64,000 nt of DNA, taken from the NCBI RefSeq assembly GCF_000143415.4, contig NW_003314313.1:895430-959429 (forward strand). Reading direction: 5' to 3'. The notes under the pieces are model-generated. The model was not told the DNA's origin. It made no database searches and worked only from the letters and a program-made list of their open reading frames with translations. This stretch comes from Selaginella moellendorffii. Lineage: Eukaryota > Plantae > Lycopodiophyta. The stretch's first letter is position 1. Every line of letters starts with the position of its first letter. The translations under genes were made by a program, and so were the position numbers. Below are positions 24,467-37,547 of the stretch, piece after piece.

Positions 24467-27400
24467 TTATGTTAACTCTCCACGCAAAACTAGCGTAGCG
24501 CGCTCTAAAACCCTGGACACCCTCCATATTTGATGCTGGACCGCATCCCACTTGTCTGGATTTGTCGAGCCAGAGGCCTCTACAATCGCATCGAGCACAG
24601 CGGGGAAGGCTTCTGACTGATAGCCATTGTTTTTGGATGGTCCATAGATCTGGAAACCAAAACAGTTGGATCGCTTGATTAAGAAGATTAAAAGCTTTAC
24701 CAAGTGCTTGTGCCATGTTCTTCCGGGAATGCCACCTTCCTCCAAAAAAGCACGCTCGGCCAGCATCAGCCTGTCGTTTAATGTTCTCCTCGGAAGCAAC
24801 AAGGATATCTCTCTCTCCAGTTTCTTCACAAAACCAACCAACAGAGAAATCAGTGATTTTTAAACTAAGTGTGGAGCGTGACTAGAAAAACCTTGGAGTC
24901 GTGACCGGCTTGCTTGGCTCCCTCGACAAAACTCGCCAGCGACGTACGCAGCGGCGACGCTGTTACGTTGCGCGGTGCTTTGGCTGCTCGCAATGCATCT
25001 TCCACCGCGTTTCCATACACCTGCATTGCATGGATCCAGCCAGAATGGCACAAACGGGTCACATCGATTGCGCTAGCCGGCAAGCAACAAAAAGAGTCTT
25101 AAAGAACCTGTGCCTGCGTTGCATAAGAGCCATAGTTAAATGGCAGAACGAGACAATCCGCGAGGCGTAGAGCCATCAATCCCCATATCGACGAAACTGC
25201 AAAGCTTGCAATAATATAGGAACGCTTTGTCAAGAGAGAGTTAAATATAATCACAGCTCACCGGCTACATGCCGATGGAACAACGGGTCTCCATATCGCT
25301 TCATCCAGTCGTAGTTGTCATACAGCGAATGATACACTGGATAAGCTGCACACACACACACACACAGAGACAAGCGAAAGCGCGAGCGTAAGCACTTTAG
25401 GAGACAGAAAACTTTTGCATCGATCTCACGAAAAAGATAACCTGAGAGAGTCCATACATTTCCCAAAGTACATGTCAACAGCTGGAACACCAGCGCGCTG
25501 AAGGAACGCAACGAAGTCAGAGTCTGTGCCTCCCAGCCTGTCAACCTGCGGAAAAAGAGTTACATCTCATCGCCATTTGCACAGACTATTCCACAAAATT
25601 TCACGTACCGTAGGAGAGGATTTTCCTCCTCCTCCAATTGGGCTTCTAGAGGCCCAAGAATCATAAACAGAGCCACGCCCCGTGTCAGGGTCCCCCACCT
25701 GTTGTGTCAAGAAACACACGAATCCCGAGTTAGATACAAGCTTAGCTTTTAGCCGGCATTAGCTTAGCCACCTCTTTTGTCACGTCCACCAGCAGATCAT
25801 CGAGCTGTGGCGTTGCTCCAGCGAAGAAACCGGGACCGCTCACAGCGCAGTCGACGTTGAGGTACGCTACTGCTCTTGCTCCGAGAAGGTCCAAGTTCTC
25901 TTCCACCCATTCAGTCGATCCAACCTGGAAGAGTACAGGGGACAGTACGTTATCAATGCGACGCGCTCGAAAGCGATGTCTAGATGGAGATGTTGATTGT
26001 AACTTACGGAGCCAAACTCTTCTGCGTCCCAGCTCGCCAGAACAATCGTCCGGCGTGGCTTCCACCCGGCTCTCACAAGCCTTCCAAGCCTGGAAGCTAT
26101 CTACAACCAGCAAAGTCAGCTTAAAAGCAATATGCTGGAAAAGAAAAAAGGATTACCTCGAGCAATGCTGCGGTGCCGCTGTTTGGATCCACAGCTCCAA
26201 AGGTCCATGCGTCCCGATGGTTTCCCAGTAAGATAAACCTGGCCAAAACACACAAGCACACAAGCACACACACACACACGGGTCAGTGACGTGTAAGCGA
26301 GAATGGCCACAAGGATATGATCCAAAATGCTCAATCACATGAATCCCTTTACGAGAAAAGTTTAGTACAACACACACTACTCCCTCGCAGCCCAAGGAGC
26401 AGAAAAGAAAGACACCAACAAAAAGAAGGTGAATCAACTACTTTGTGTACCTGTCCGGCTCTTCGTATCCTTTGATGGCACCCAACACATTCCGAATAGA
26501 GGCCAGTGTTTGATTTGCCTGCGATGAAAGCCAGAAACAACAAACGTCACCAAAGATTTCCACTTTGCTATCAAGGCACGTAGGCCGCTTTCCAGACCCT
26601 GACATGCAAGCAATTTGTCCCTACAAATCATCCGGATGGAATACTTGACAAGACCCGCACTCCTCGCTCCCTCTCCCTCTCTCTCTCTCACACACTCACT
26701 GCTCGATCATACATTGACGTGACAAATCATTCCACCCCCTCCAATGCCGTGAAAAAGCTGGCAAGAAAAAAAAAGGAACCAAGAATCTCTATCCCTGCGA
26801 GCGATCGCGAGCGACGCAGCCAACTTCTCTACGAGTCCAATCTCACACAGTAAAAATTCCACTTAAAAAGAGAATTTCTTCTCCCCCACCAATCACACAG
26901 ACTCGTGCACACTCTCTGATCACAGACTTTTCAAGCGTGCCCCACAGTCACAGCTAAAGAACTCTGAAAAAAAAAAAAAAAAAAAAAAGAGGAAGAAAAA
27001 CACACCACTAGCGAAGTAAAGCAGTGGTCAAGAACAACCAAGCAGAGAAGAAGAAAAACTTGCAAGAAAAGTGTAAGTTACTCACAACGTAATGGAACCG
27101 TAGCTTTGCCGGTCCTCGTCCAGTCCTGTACTCCATCGCAAATCCTCCTCGCCATCCTCGCGGAGCAACTTTACCACCCAAGCTCTCGAGGATGGGCCGA
27201 GCATCCCGAGCCGAGATTGGCAGCGATGGAATCGTCGGCAAGCCAGCTCGCGACTCTGGAATCCTCTCGGAATTGGCGGTGCTGCTCGGCCATCCAGGCG
27301 TGAGCGGGTCTCCATTGCCTTGAAAGACGGTACCTCTTTGGACGCCAGTGGGAGTGAGCCAGCTCGAGTCGGGGAAGTATCCTTGCGTTTGATTAGCAGC

Positions 27401-28210
27401 GTAATCGCCCGGGTCGGAAAAGATGATAGCCGCCACCGCGCCTCTCGAGGCGGCGTTCTCCACGATATCTCCGCGGAAGATCTGGCCATAGCGAGCGAGA
27501 ACGATGGCTCCTCTCACGTCCACGCCGAGCAGCTCCAGCTCTTGGTAGTCCTCGCTACGTCCATAGTTGACATAGACCACCTCGCCTTGGACGTCGCCGG
27601 ATGGAGAGTAAGCGTGGTAGGAGCTGATCACTGCTGCCGGACCGCCACCGCCACCATCGCCCCCTCCGGGATCCTCCTCCCGGAGCGAGAGCTCTAGCTT
27701 GAGCGAGCCATCCGGATGGAGGAGCGAGAGGTTGCGCTCCACCGGGTAGCTGAGGAGCACACTGTAATCGGCGAAGTGTGGCGCGAGGCCATAGCTCTGG
27801 AGCGCCGAGAAGACATACTCGGCGGTGGCGAAGTCGCGAGGGAGGCCGGCGACGTGCGGGTGGCGAGTGAGCTCGCGGAGGTGGCGATCCACGGTGGTGT
27901 TGCAAGCCAGGTCGAGGAAGGCGGCGTGGAAGCGCTGCGAGGAGATGGATTCGCGGCGGCGGGACCAAGCGGAGAGGGAGCGATCGATCAGAGTCGCGGA
28001 GAGGGCGATGAGAATTGCGCCGAGGAGGATGAAGAGCGCGTTGAGGAGGCAGTGGCGGAGGATTTGCTTGTGGCGGGCTTGCCTGATCCGGCACAGAGGC
28101 GATGTGGTGCTGCTGGAAGGATCCTCCTCCATGTCGAGAGGGATGAGACCCGAGCGCGCCAAGGTGTGGTGGCCATTCTCCTGTTTCGCCCACCAATGTG
28201 TGTTCCACAT
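24467..28210 (-). CDS. Glutamate carboxypeptidase II family (AMP1/LAMP1-like), multi-exon
   Basis: N-terminal TM helix, PA domain [51 protein letters not shown]-dimer C-terminus. Confidence 0.9.
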
Positions 28211-29484
28211 CTCCAAGAAAAGAAGAAGATCACCACCGCCCTTCTTCTTCTTCTTCCTCGCGATTTTTTCTTCTTCTCTGCCTTGAGAATCAATCACAAG
28301 AACGCTCCTTCTTGCCTAGAGGAGGATCGATCAAGGGAGAAAACACTCTGATCCTCACAAACTCTTCTAATCATCGAGAATTCTCTCAAAGAGGGAAGGA
28401 AAGAGCTCGCTCCAGTCTCTTCTTCTCTTTTAGAAATGGCAGTGGTACGAAAAGGAAGGGAGGCATGCATGAAAGACAAGCGCATAAAAACGCACCCCAA
28501 AAATAAGAAATCTCTCAAGGCTGCAATCGAATCGCCAAAGCAAAGCCAAGCAATTCAATGCCAGCCTTCGATCTCTCTCTCTTCTCACCCTAATCTAATC
28601 CCTTCCTTCCCTCCTCGCGATCGAATTGAAAGAACAAAGAGAGGATCAAGCACACCAGATTCTTCCTACGAGCTCTAGAATCTCGCAGAGAAATGCAAAC
28701 CCTAGGAGCGCCAAGCCCTCGCCATCGCCAATCTCTTTCTCTCTCTCGCTTGGACACAAGGTGGAAGAAGAGGAGGAAGAACACAAGGCGCAACTAGGAG
28801 CAAAGTAAATTTCGTTTTCACCGTATAGCTGGTTTATTCCCTTTTTTATAACCCAGGGCGCCGGGAGGGAAAGTGAAAGCATTGCCCGGCCCGAGGTAAA
28901 AAACAAATCCGGTTTTTTCACACGCGTCTTACCTGGCGGCAGCACGGCGCCGGCCGGCGGTTAAAAACGCTGCCAATTTAAATGAGCCTTTTATCATGGC
29001 TTATGATGGAAACCTGCGAATCAATCAGCCCTAAATCATATCAAAACCATTGGAATTGGAAAACGTAATGATATTGGATCAATCGATTTCCTGTATGGTT
29101 GTTGAAGGTTCAACATCAACGTGTCTTTTGCTAGATTAAATTTTTATTTGGGGGTGTCATGGGTGGCGGGAACAAGCGTGAATGAATGTGATCCTTTCTG
29201 TCTCAAACAACAACGATCAAAGAAAAGAATATTCACTTTTCAACAACAGCGGCGTTTGATGCAGTTTGGCTTCACACACGACGTTACACTGCATTTTTCC
29301 ACACAAAGTTAAAAAAAAAAGTAAAAAAGTGAAAAAGTAAAAGAGACGGGTTTTCTTTCTACATTTTTTACCAAAGCCAAATCTAGCTACGCCATCTAAG
29401 CTGCCACGCGGCCGGCGCTTATTGACGGACAGCGACGGCCTTTGAGTCAATGATCACAGGCCGGCGTGTTATGTTTTAACATAC

Positions 29485-29516
29485 GCCACGTCACGTCCAC
29501 GTCACGTCCACGTCAC
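29485..29516. repeat. Tandem CCACGTCACGT units containing ACGTCA/ACGT-core motifs
   Basis: gccacgtcacgtccacgtcacgtccacgtcacc seen directly. Confidence 0.7.
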
Positions 29517-30235
29517 CGTACACCTGGTGACAGCTCGGATGGGGAATGGCGACAAAATTAAGCTTTGCGTGGGGAGAGAAAACTCCCTTGGACCATGCAA
29601 CAACCACGTGAAATCGGGGATTCTTTCGGTCATGAAAGAATAGCTCTTGGTTTGTATGGTTTGGTGGCCCACATATTTTAATGATCGCTTGCCTGCCATG
29701 GTTTGGAGAGGCCTCTCCATCGCCGAGATAATGAGAGTTGCGAGCTATCTATCATCATCCATCGATCTTTTCATGTCTGTGTGTGGGTGATCGCCGTATA
29801 TCTGTGATATCTTTCCTTTCCACTATTACATATGTACTCATGAATTCAAACTGTATTAATGTGGAAAGTGTATCGCAGCTATCATGGATGTCGATTAGGT
29901 CGGGTCTTCCAGAAAAACAAACAGCCGTGGAGCCCCATGGTTCACGCTGCTGTGACCTTGTCATTGATTCGTACCCTTGAAGTGCCTTTGACAATCATGA
30001 AGGCATCTCTTTCGTGTATGAATTGTAATCACTTTTAAGTAATAATACAGGATTCCACATTGTGAGCTTATCAGGCCACGTCGAAGTTGTGTTGGTAATA
30101 TAAACACCTTCTCTCAAATGACACAATGTGGATTCTTAATGGCTTCCCAAAAGGCATTTATCTGTGCAAAGGTTATAAGATTGTGTTTACTGAGCTATTG
30201 TATGTGAATTAGCTAGTTGGTTGACTTCATATTCA

Positions 30236-30900
30236 TCACAGATCCTCTCCATCTCCCTCACGGTCTGTACGCTTTGTCTTCCAATCTGTGACTACATTGT
30301 TGTGGCAATCTGACTGGAAGATATGATATGCCATTTCACGCAGTCTTTGACACCTTCTGTCCATGTTACTTCCAGTGCTCCAATGTATATTGCAAGCAAC
30401 GGAGGTGAAGTGGACATCCTTGTCAAACACCCATGGTGGATGGAATGGGGTTGCCACTAAAGATTTCTAGCTTCACCAATCTATAAATCTCAATGATGAT
30501 GGCTATAAGCTGTCTTGGGGCATCTATTTCCAAGAACTGAATGATCAGCACGTCTAGACACCATGTCAAATGCCTTTGCAAAATCAACGAAGCCACAAAA
30601 TATGACTTGTGATGCTTGTCTCGTGCTTGTTCTAGCAGCATTCGTAATGTCAGGATGTGTCAACGCCGGCATAATGCTTGTGAAAGCCTGCTTGTCCTTC
30701 TGCATGGATATATCTCCATTTGTTTGCACTTTAGTAAAGATTCCTGATACTGCTATTGAGAACAATCTGATGGTTGCATTACATCACCTGTGGTACAATC
30801 TGATTAACTGGTTTGGATTGGTGTGACAACTTTTGCTAGCCATTGCAATTTTGTTGCCCTGAGCAGTGCAGTTATGCCATTAGCATCTGATGCTTTCCCA
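30236..30900 (-). mobile_element. Decayed non-LTR (LINE) reverse transcriptase fragment
   Basis: IFCGFVDFAKAFDMVSR motif of LINE RT; broken frames. Confidence 0.7.
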
Positions 30901-32574
30901 ACCTGAATTGTGTTGACATGAAGCTATGTTGGGATATTTATTATTGAACAATGAACAACATCATAAACTTAGGTAGAGTCAAGGGGTGAAATTCAGTAAA
31001 GTTGAAGATTTAAACCTAAGACCACCAAGTAATATATAATTATCATAAATAATAACTTCTAATTGTAATGAAGAAAACATAAATAAATCTCTCATATATA
31101 ACTTTAAAACTATAAAACATCAGAACATTTTAAAATTAAAATAACTAAATTTATTTTCTTCATCACATCTAAATCTATTGTCCTGAAAGTTTTTATCATT
31201 TTCTCAAAACAAAAATACTATATAATTTCTCTTTTGAATTATTATATTTTAATATTATTATATTTTAATATTATTTTTAAATATTTAATTATTATCATTC
31301 TCTATTTATAATTAATATTATTTACTATCACTCAATTTTTGTTGTTTTTTTGCCTTTATTTTACTAGATTATTTCAAAATAATCATCCAACTTGAGGATG
31401 TTGTATTTCTCTATGAACTGGACCCAATTCTTTCGCTCATTCACAAAATGAAACTTAACATTCCCTGCTACTTAAAAGAAATAAAGATAAAAATATATAA
31501 ATTAAATACTAGATAATGAAACTTGAAGTATTAGTGTATGAATTTACTCATGCTAAATTCTTTGAAAGTTGTAAGTGAATATGGGAGGAAAGAGGTATTA
31601 TAAATTTTTTAGTAATATATAAAAATTTAATATAATATAACTTGAAAATCAAAGATTTGCTATAAATATACTTATAATAAAAATTCATAAAAATGAATTA
31701 CTTTACAAAATTTATAGCATTTTAAAATAATTAATTATATATATTTTCTTAAACATTGAACATGTATGATTAAACATAATTTTGTATTCCATGCATTCAC
31801 ATTGTTATATTATATTTTATGCAAATTAAAACTAATTTATTTTTCTCATATTTTTACAATGTACTATTAGTAGGATTTTTTTGGGTAAGATACCTTTATT
31901 TTATGTTATTTCATAAGTAATAAAATCTAGGATAACACAAATGATTATGTATTGTTTAGAAAGTTTTCTAAGTTTTAAATCCCATTTTCAATTATAAAGA
32001 TATTAAGTTACCCATATATAAATTGATAATATTTTTTTTTTAGGAGTATGGTGAGCTTTTGTCATAACTAATATCATAAGAAAGGTATTATAAACTCTTT
32101 AAATTTATTAAAGTAGTTTAAAATATATTACTTAGTAAATAATAATATATAAGGAAAAAATACAATCATAACAACATAAAACCAAGAAACATTCTAGTAG
32201 GCTATGACAACAATGCCTTGTGTTGGCAAATGTTGCAATTAATGAATTCCATGAGGACAATAATCTATAAACTAGATGTAGCTTTAATAGTTTATAAAAA
32301 AATTATAAATATATATTTTAATATGTTGAAAAAGCAAAAGAAATAATAACTATCAAATTTCAATAGTGGTTAAGATTTATGTTTTCTTCAGTAATTCTAA
32401 GATAAAAGAAGGAAAATTTGAGAAGTAAAATAAAAAGTAAATAAAAAGTAAAAATAAAGAAATTAAAGAATAATTATTTTACAAAAAAATTAAAATACTC
32501 AAATCTGATTAAAAGTTCATCATAATGTCTATTTGATATAAATTTATAAAAATTATCTTCATATATATTTGAAC

Positions 32575-32749
32575 TGTGAGGGCCAAGTGTACGGTTACGA
32601 TGCCGTATACTAATATTAGCATAGTGGGATTTTGGTAGCTGTCGGATTGGTTTCAATCTGGACCACCTGCTCCTGTATATAAGCTAGGGTTTTTGAGCTA
32701 ATTGATATGCACATTTCTGTATTCCCTTTCCATATTCCAAGCACTCACA
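32575..32749 (+). repeat. 5' LTR (175 bp)
   Basis: Direct repeat of 37373-37547 with 8 substitutions; TATATAA box inside. Confidence 0.95.
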
Positions 32750-32750
32750 T

Positions 32751-32766
32751 TGGTGGAGATGAGGGG
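32751..32766 (+). promoter_or_regulatory. Primer binding site, tRNA-Ala type
   Basis: TGGTGGAGATGAGGGG 1 nt after the LTR; complementary to the 3' end of eukaryotic tRNA-Ala (..CATCTCCACCA). Confidence 0.75.
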
Positions 32767-32943
32767 CACCTTTGATTGCCCTTGAGGAGTGCTTGAATTT
32801 GGGATTTTGGTTTAGATCTAGCTTTTTCCATTTCCTTCTTTTTGTTATTTCCTTTCAGGATTTTGGTTTAGATTTAGCTTTTTGTATTCCCATTTCCTTC
32901 TAGCTTTTTGTCATTTTCTTTTGCTCTTTCTTTTTCATTCTCC

Positions 32944-33876
32944 ATGGCAGATCAGCAATCTCCTCCTTTGACTCTCGAGCAGCAGTTGGTCCAGTTGCTT
33001 GATGCTATGCGCTTGCAATTGAACAACCAAACTCAATTGATGGCGGCATTCACGGCACGTGGTCCAACTCCTCCTGCTCTTGGTGCCAATCCTCACGTTT
33101 GGCCGGAGTTCTTTCGTGGGAATCCTGGGGATGATGTGTACCATTGGTTTAATCACTTTACGGTGATTGCCACATACCATTCTTGGGATGATGCTCGACG
33201 GTTGCGTGAGTTTCCCACGTGTCTCCAAGGGACGGCGTTGCAGTGGTACAATGGTTTGAGCGCAGCCACTCGTGGGGATTGGAGTGTTCTCCCGGACGTC
33301 TTCAAACGCGCCTTCGGACATGCCGATGATTGTGATGATGCTTTCCAACAATTGCATCGTCTTCGCCAAGGGCCATCTGAGTCGGTGATGCAATTTGGCG
33401 TTCGTTTCCGAAGTCTTTTGCTTCGTGCGGAGCCAACTATGTTGGAGCGGATCAAGCTAGGAATGTTGTGGCCAGCACTTCGTCAAGATCTTGTTGGACT
33501 TGTGCATGCCCTTGCTCCTGCCACCCTTGACGATGCTCTTCGCTTGGCACAACGTTATGAGACGTCGCCTCTTCCACTTCTCGCTGCACGTCCTTCTGCT
33601 CCACTTCCTATGGGTGATGGTCCTATTCCAATGGAGGTTGATGCTGCTGCTGCTCGAGTCCAAGGACAAGCGCGAGGACGTGGTCGTGGTCGTGATGTTC
33701 GCTGCTGGGCATGTGATGAAGTTGGTCATACTTATCAGCGTTGCCATCGTTTTCCGGATTGGCGACCTCCATTTCCTGGGTGGAGACCTTGGCGTCAGCA
33801 ACGTCCCGTGGGTGCTACTGCAGTGGAAGGTCTGGACACCGAGGTGCATCTGGGAAACGAGGAGTTGCGCGAGTAA
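32944..33876 (+). CDS. gag: Retrotransposon Gag with CCHC zinc knuckle
   Basis: PEFFRG, LQGTALQWY, LRQGPSESV, CWACDEVGHTYQRC. Confidence 0.9.
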   Translation: MADQQSPPLTLEQQLVQLLDAMRLQLNNQTQLMAAFTARGPTPPALGANPHVWPEFFRGNPGDDVYHWFNHFTVIATYHSWDDARRLREFPTCLQGTALQWYNGLSAATRGDWSVLPDVFKRAFGHADDCDDAFQQLHRLRQGPSESVMQFGVRFRSLLLRAEPTMLERIKLGMLWPALRQDLVGLVHALAPATLDDALRLAQRYETSPLPLLAARPSAPLPMGDGPIPMEVDAAAARVQGQARGRGRGRDVRCWACDEVGHTYQRCHRFPDWRPPFPGWRPWRQQRPVGATAVEGLDTEVHLGNEELRE

Positions 33877-33913
33877 CGGAGGGATCTTGCGCGAATAAGT
33901 TAGTGACCCCTCC
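33852..33913 (+). promoter_or_regulatory. -1 programmed ribosomal frameshift signal (G GGA AAC + H-type pseudoknot)
   Basis: Slippery heptamer in gag frame, 6-nt spacer, stem 33865-73/33886-94, loop GGAGGG pairs with CCCTCC 33908-13; pol is in the -1 frame. Confidence 0.8.
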
Positions 33914-36900
33914 ATCTTTCTTTCGGGAGTATCATCAAGGGGTTCACTCGGCATCGGTTCATCTAGTGTTTACTTTCCAAGCTCGTTTTTATAACAAGAG
34001 GTCTCCTATTATTCTCTCTATGTTGGTTGATACAGGTTCGAGTTTATCTTCTATTGCTCGACCTGTTGCCACACGTTGTCGTTTACACTTGCGTCGTGCG
34101 GCGGAACCAGTTTTCATTCTTTATGGCAACGGCCGTACGCATGCATGTGCACGGGATGAGGTGGATCTGGTTGTGCGTGTGGGCGATCTCGAGCTTGAGT
34201 TGCAGTCGTTGCGGGTGGTGCCGAGTCAAGCTTTTGACCTCATTCTTGGTATGGATTGGTTGCAGCGCAATCATGCCAAGTGTGACTTTGAGGCTTCTCC
34301 CCCTTGTCTCATACTTCCTTATGTTTCATCCATTCCTTTCACTTCCATACCTCTTCGTCCCTCTACTTCTACCTTTGCTTTCATTACTTTTGTTCCCCCA
34401 CTCTTTCCTTTTGTGTTTCCATCTTGTTCTGCTTTTCCCTTTTCCGATCCCTCCGACGATCTTTGTGTTGCAGCAGTTGACCGGCTCATGAAGGAGTATT
34501 CTGATCTCTTTGAATTTGACTTATCGTCTGGGGCCAAGATTGCCACACGTCATCCGATTCCAACCGGGGATGCTCGTCCAATCAAGGTTCCTGTTCATCG
34601 TCAGTCACCTAAGGAGATCAAGATTTTATGAGCAAACGTCAAGGAAATGCTAGAGAAGGGTGTTATTCGGAAGTCGCGGAGTCCTTGGGCATGTGAACCT
34701 CATCTTGTGACGAAGCCTGATGGGAGTATTCGTTTCTGCATCGATTATCGTCCGTTAAATGAAGTAACGATCCCAGATGTGTATCCTCTTCCTCACACTA
34801 CTGATCTCTTGGATCGTCTGGGGCGAAGTCGTTGGTTCACCAAGCTAGATCTTGCTTCTGGGTATTGGCAAGTACCGATGGCCGAAGAAGATATTCCTAA
34901 GACTGCTTTTCGTACACCATTTGGTTTGTACGAGTTCTTGGTGATGCCGTTTGGTTTGAACAATGCTCTAGCAACTTTCCAGCGGATGATGGACGAGGTT
35001 CTTTGCGATATGCCGGAGGTGACTGCTAACTTCATTGATGATGTCTTGATCCACTCGGAGGGGACGTGGGAGGAGCACGTTCGTGATGTTTGTAAAGTGT
35101 TGGATCGGCTACGCGACGTTGGTTTAAAGCTGAAGCGGTCAAAGTGCGTGTTTGGGTCCAAGGACACAACTTATCTTGGGTACCGTATTTCTCGTGAGGG
35201 TTTGCAAGTTGATCCTGACAAACTTGTGGCTGTTCTAAAGTTCCCTACTCCGAAGAGTGTGAATGATATGCAACGCTTTTTGGGTAAGGTGCAGTATCTC
35301 GGTCGTTTTGTGGATCATCTTTCCGATCGCACTACACCATTGCGAGCGTTGCTAAAGTCATCGACGTCATCTTTCATCTGGTCTCCGGATTGTGAGCGAG
35401 CGTTCGTGGATCTCAAAGAACTATTGACGACTCCTCCGGTTTTGGCATATCCTGACTACACTCGACCTTTTATTTTGCGCGTGGATGCTTCTGACATTGG
35501 TCTTGGAGGTGTGTTGATGCAAGAAAGCTCGAGTGTGCCGGGTTAGCGCCATCCCATTGCATACATCAGCCGTACATTACAACCAGTGGAGATGAACTAC
35601 TCCACGACGGAGAAGGAGTGTTTAGTAGCAGTCTGGGGTTTCGAGAAATTTCATGCCTATCTACATGGTTCTCGGACGTTACTTGAAGGTGACCATGCTG
35701 CTGTTACTTCATTATTGAAGCGGAAGAACCTGGTTGGTCGTACGGCTCGGTGGGCTTTGAAGTTTCAGATATATGATTTCGATGTTGTTCATCGCCCAGG
35801 GAGTTCTATGGCTGATGCTGATGCCCTTTCTCGAGCTCCTCTTCCTTCTCCACTCACTTCTCATATTTCTGACGAACCTGTTGTTCCAGCATCTGTGGAT
35901 TTTTTAGATGAGGATTCTGTGCCGTTGGCGGTTGCTATCCTTGACGTTCAGTGTCCACAAGGTGCAGAGCAAGATCTACCTTCTCTTGATGAGGTTCGCG
36001 AGGCTCAAAAGATTGAGCCGTGGATTCGGAGGCTTCGAGATGGGTTTGAGAATCCTACATCACTTGCTGATGACTTCCCTTTCCGGCATTTACATTCTCA
36101 ATATCGCCTTGACGATGGCCTTCTTTATTTTGTGGGGACAGATCCTGATGATCATTTACGGCTGGTGGTGCCTTCGGTGTTTATTCCGCGGTTTTTCCAT
36201 GCCTACCATGATTCTCCTGTTCTAGGTGGGCATATGGGACACCGTCGTGTCACCGAGAAGCTGCGCAGGTCTTTCTATTGGCCAGAGATGCGACGTGATA
36301 TTATCCGGTATGTGCGTAGCTGCGTTTGGTGCCAAGCTCGTAATACTTCCCCTCGTGTTGCGGAAGGACGGTTGGAGTCAATTGCGGTTTCCCGTCCGTT
36401 TGAGTTGGTGGCATTTGATCTTATGGGACCTTTTCCACGGTCAACTGCTGGCAATGAGTATGTTATTATTGCTTCTAACTACTTGACTCGTTGGGTGGAA
36501 GTTGGTGCTCTTGCTAGTGCCTCTGCAACTGCTGTTGGATACTTCCTCCTCAATCGAGTGGTGTTCCAGCATTCTTGTCCAGAGCGGATTCTTTCAGATA
36601 ATGGTCCCGCATTTATGGCTGAGGCATTTCATGTTTTGACATCTCGGTTGGGGATATGCCACACTTTCACGAGTGCTTATCATCCACAATCAGACGGTCT
36701 GGTGGAACGGCTTGTTCGGACATTCAAAGGGATGATTGCGAAGTATGTGAACTTTCAGCATTCGGATTGGGATGGTTATTTGCCGTCTCTTCGGTATGCA
36801 TATGTTACAGGGGTGCAGAGTTCTGTTGGTGCTTCACCATATAAACTTTTATATGGTCATGATCCAATATTACCAATGGAGCTGGGTTTACCTTCGCGAT

Positions 36901-37340
36901 TGCCACGTGCTGCTGATGCTAGATCATGGGATCAGTATTTGACGAGCATTCTTCCACTTGTCCAAGTAGAGTCTGCCGAACACTTAGGCCGCGTACAAGT
37001 GGGACAACAACGGCGCTATAACTCTCATCATCGTCTACCTGCGGAGTACAAAGTGGATGATTTGGTGTTAGTCCGTTTTCCCCATCTTACGGTACGTGGT
37101 TTATCTAAGGGGCTTCTTGCGCAATGGAAAGGACCGTATCAAGTGTTGCGACAAATTGGACCACAAGTTTATGAGGTTCGGCATGACATTCAGCAAGCCG
37201 ATCCTCCAGAGATTGTGCATGTGCAGCGGCTAAAACGTTTCGTACAAAGGGATCAAAAGGAGTTAATACCACCTCCAGATCCACCGATGCCTCCTCCTAA
37301 TGTTCCTTCGGATCCCGGCCCATCCTCAAGAGAACCCTGA
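33858..37340 (+). pseudogene. pol: Pol (protease, RT, RNase H, integrase) with two in-frame stops
   Basis: LVDTGS; RFCIDYR, LDLASGYWQ, FIDDV; VDAS; HHCC, SDNG, DGLVER, KGPY; stops at 34629-31 (TGA) and 35544-46 (TAG). Confidence 0.92.
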
Positions 37341-37372
37341 TGGTCTTCCATTATCCCGAGAGGAGGGGATGA

Positions 37373-37547
37373 TGTGAGAGCCAAGTGTACGGTTACGATG
37401 CCGTATACTAATATTAGCGTAGTGGGATTTTGGTAGCCGTCGGATTGGTTTCAATCTAGACCACTCGCTCCTGTATATAAGCTGGGGTTTTTGAGCTAAT
37501 TGATATGCACATTTCTATATTCCCTTTCCATATTCCAAGCACTCACA
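37373..37547 (+). repeat. 3' LTR (175 bp) preceded by polypurine tract
   Basis: GAGAGGAGGGGATGA at 37358-37372, then a repeat of the 5' LTR. Confidence 0.95.

Larger units (their letters stand above)
32575..37547 (+). mobile_element. Complete Ty3/gypsy LTR retrotransposon (non-chromovirus type), 4-bp TSD GAAC
   Basis: TG..CA LTRs 32575-32749 and 37373-37547, PBS, PPT, gag then PR-RT-RH-INT; GAAC at 32571-32574 and 37548-37551. Confidence 0.96.

Noticed and set aside
26966-26990. Long poly-A run and nearby CA/CT microsatellites
   Set aside because: Ordinary intronic simple repeats in the AMP1-like gene
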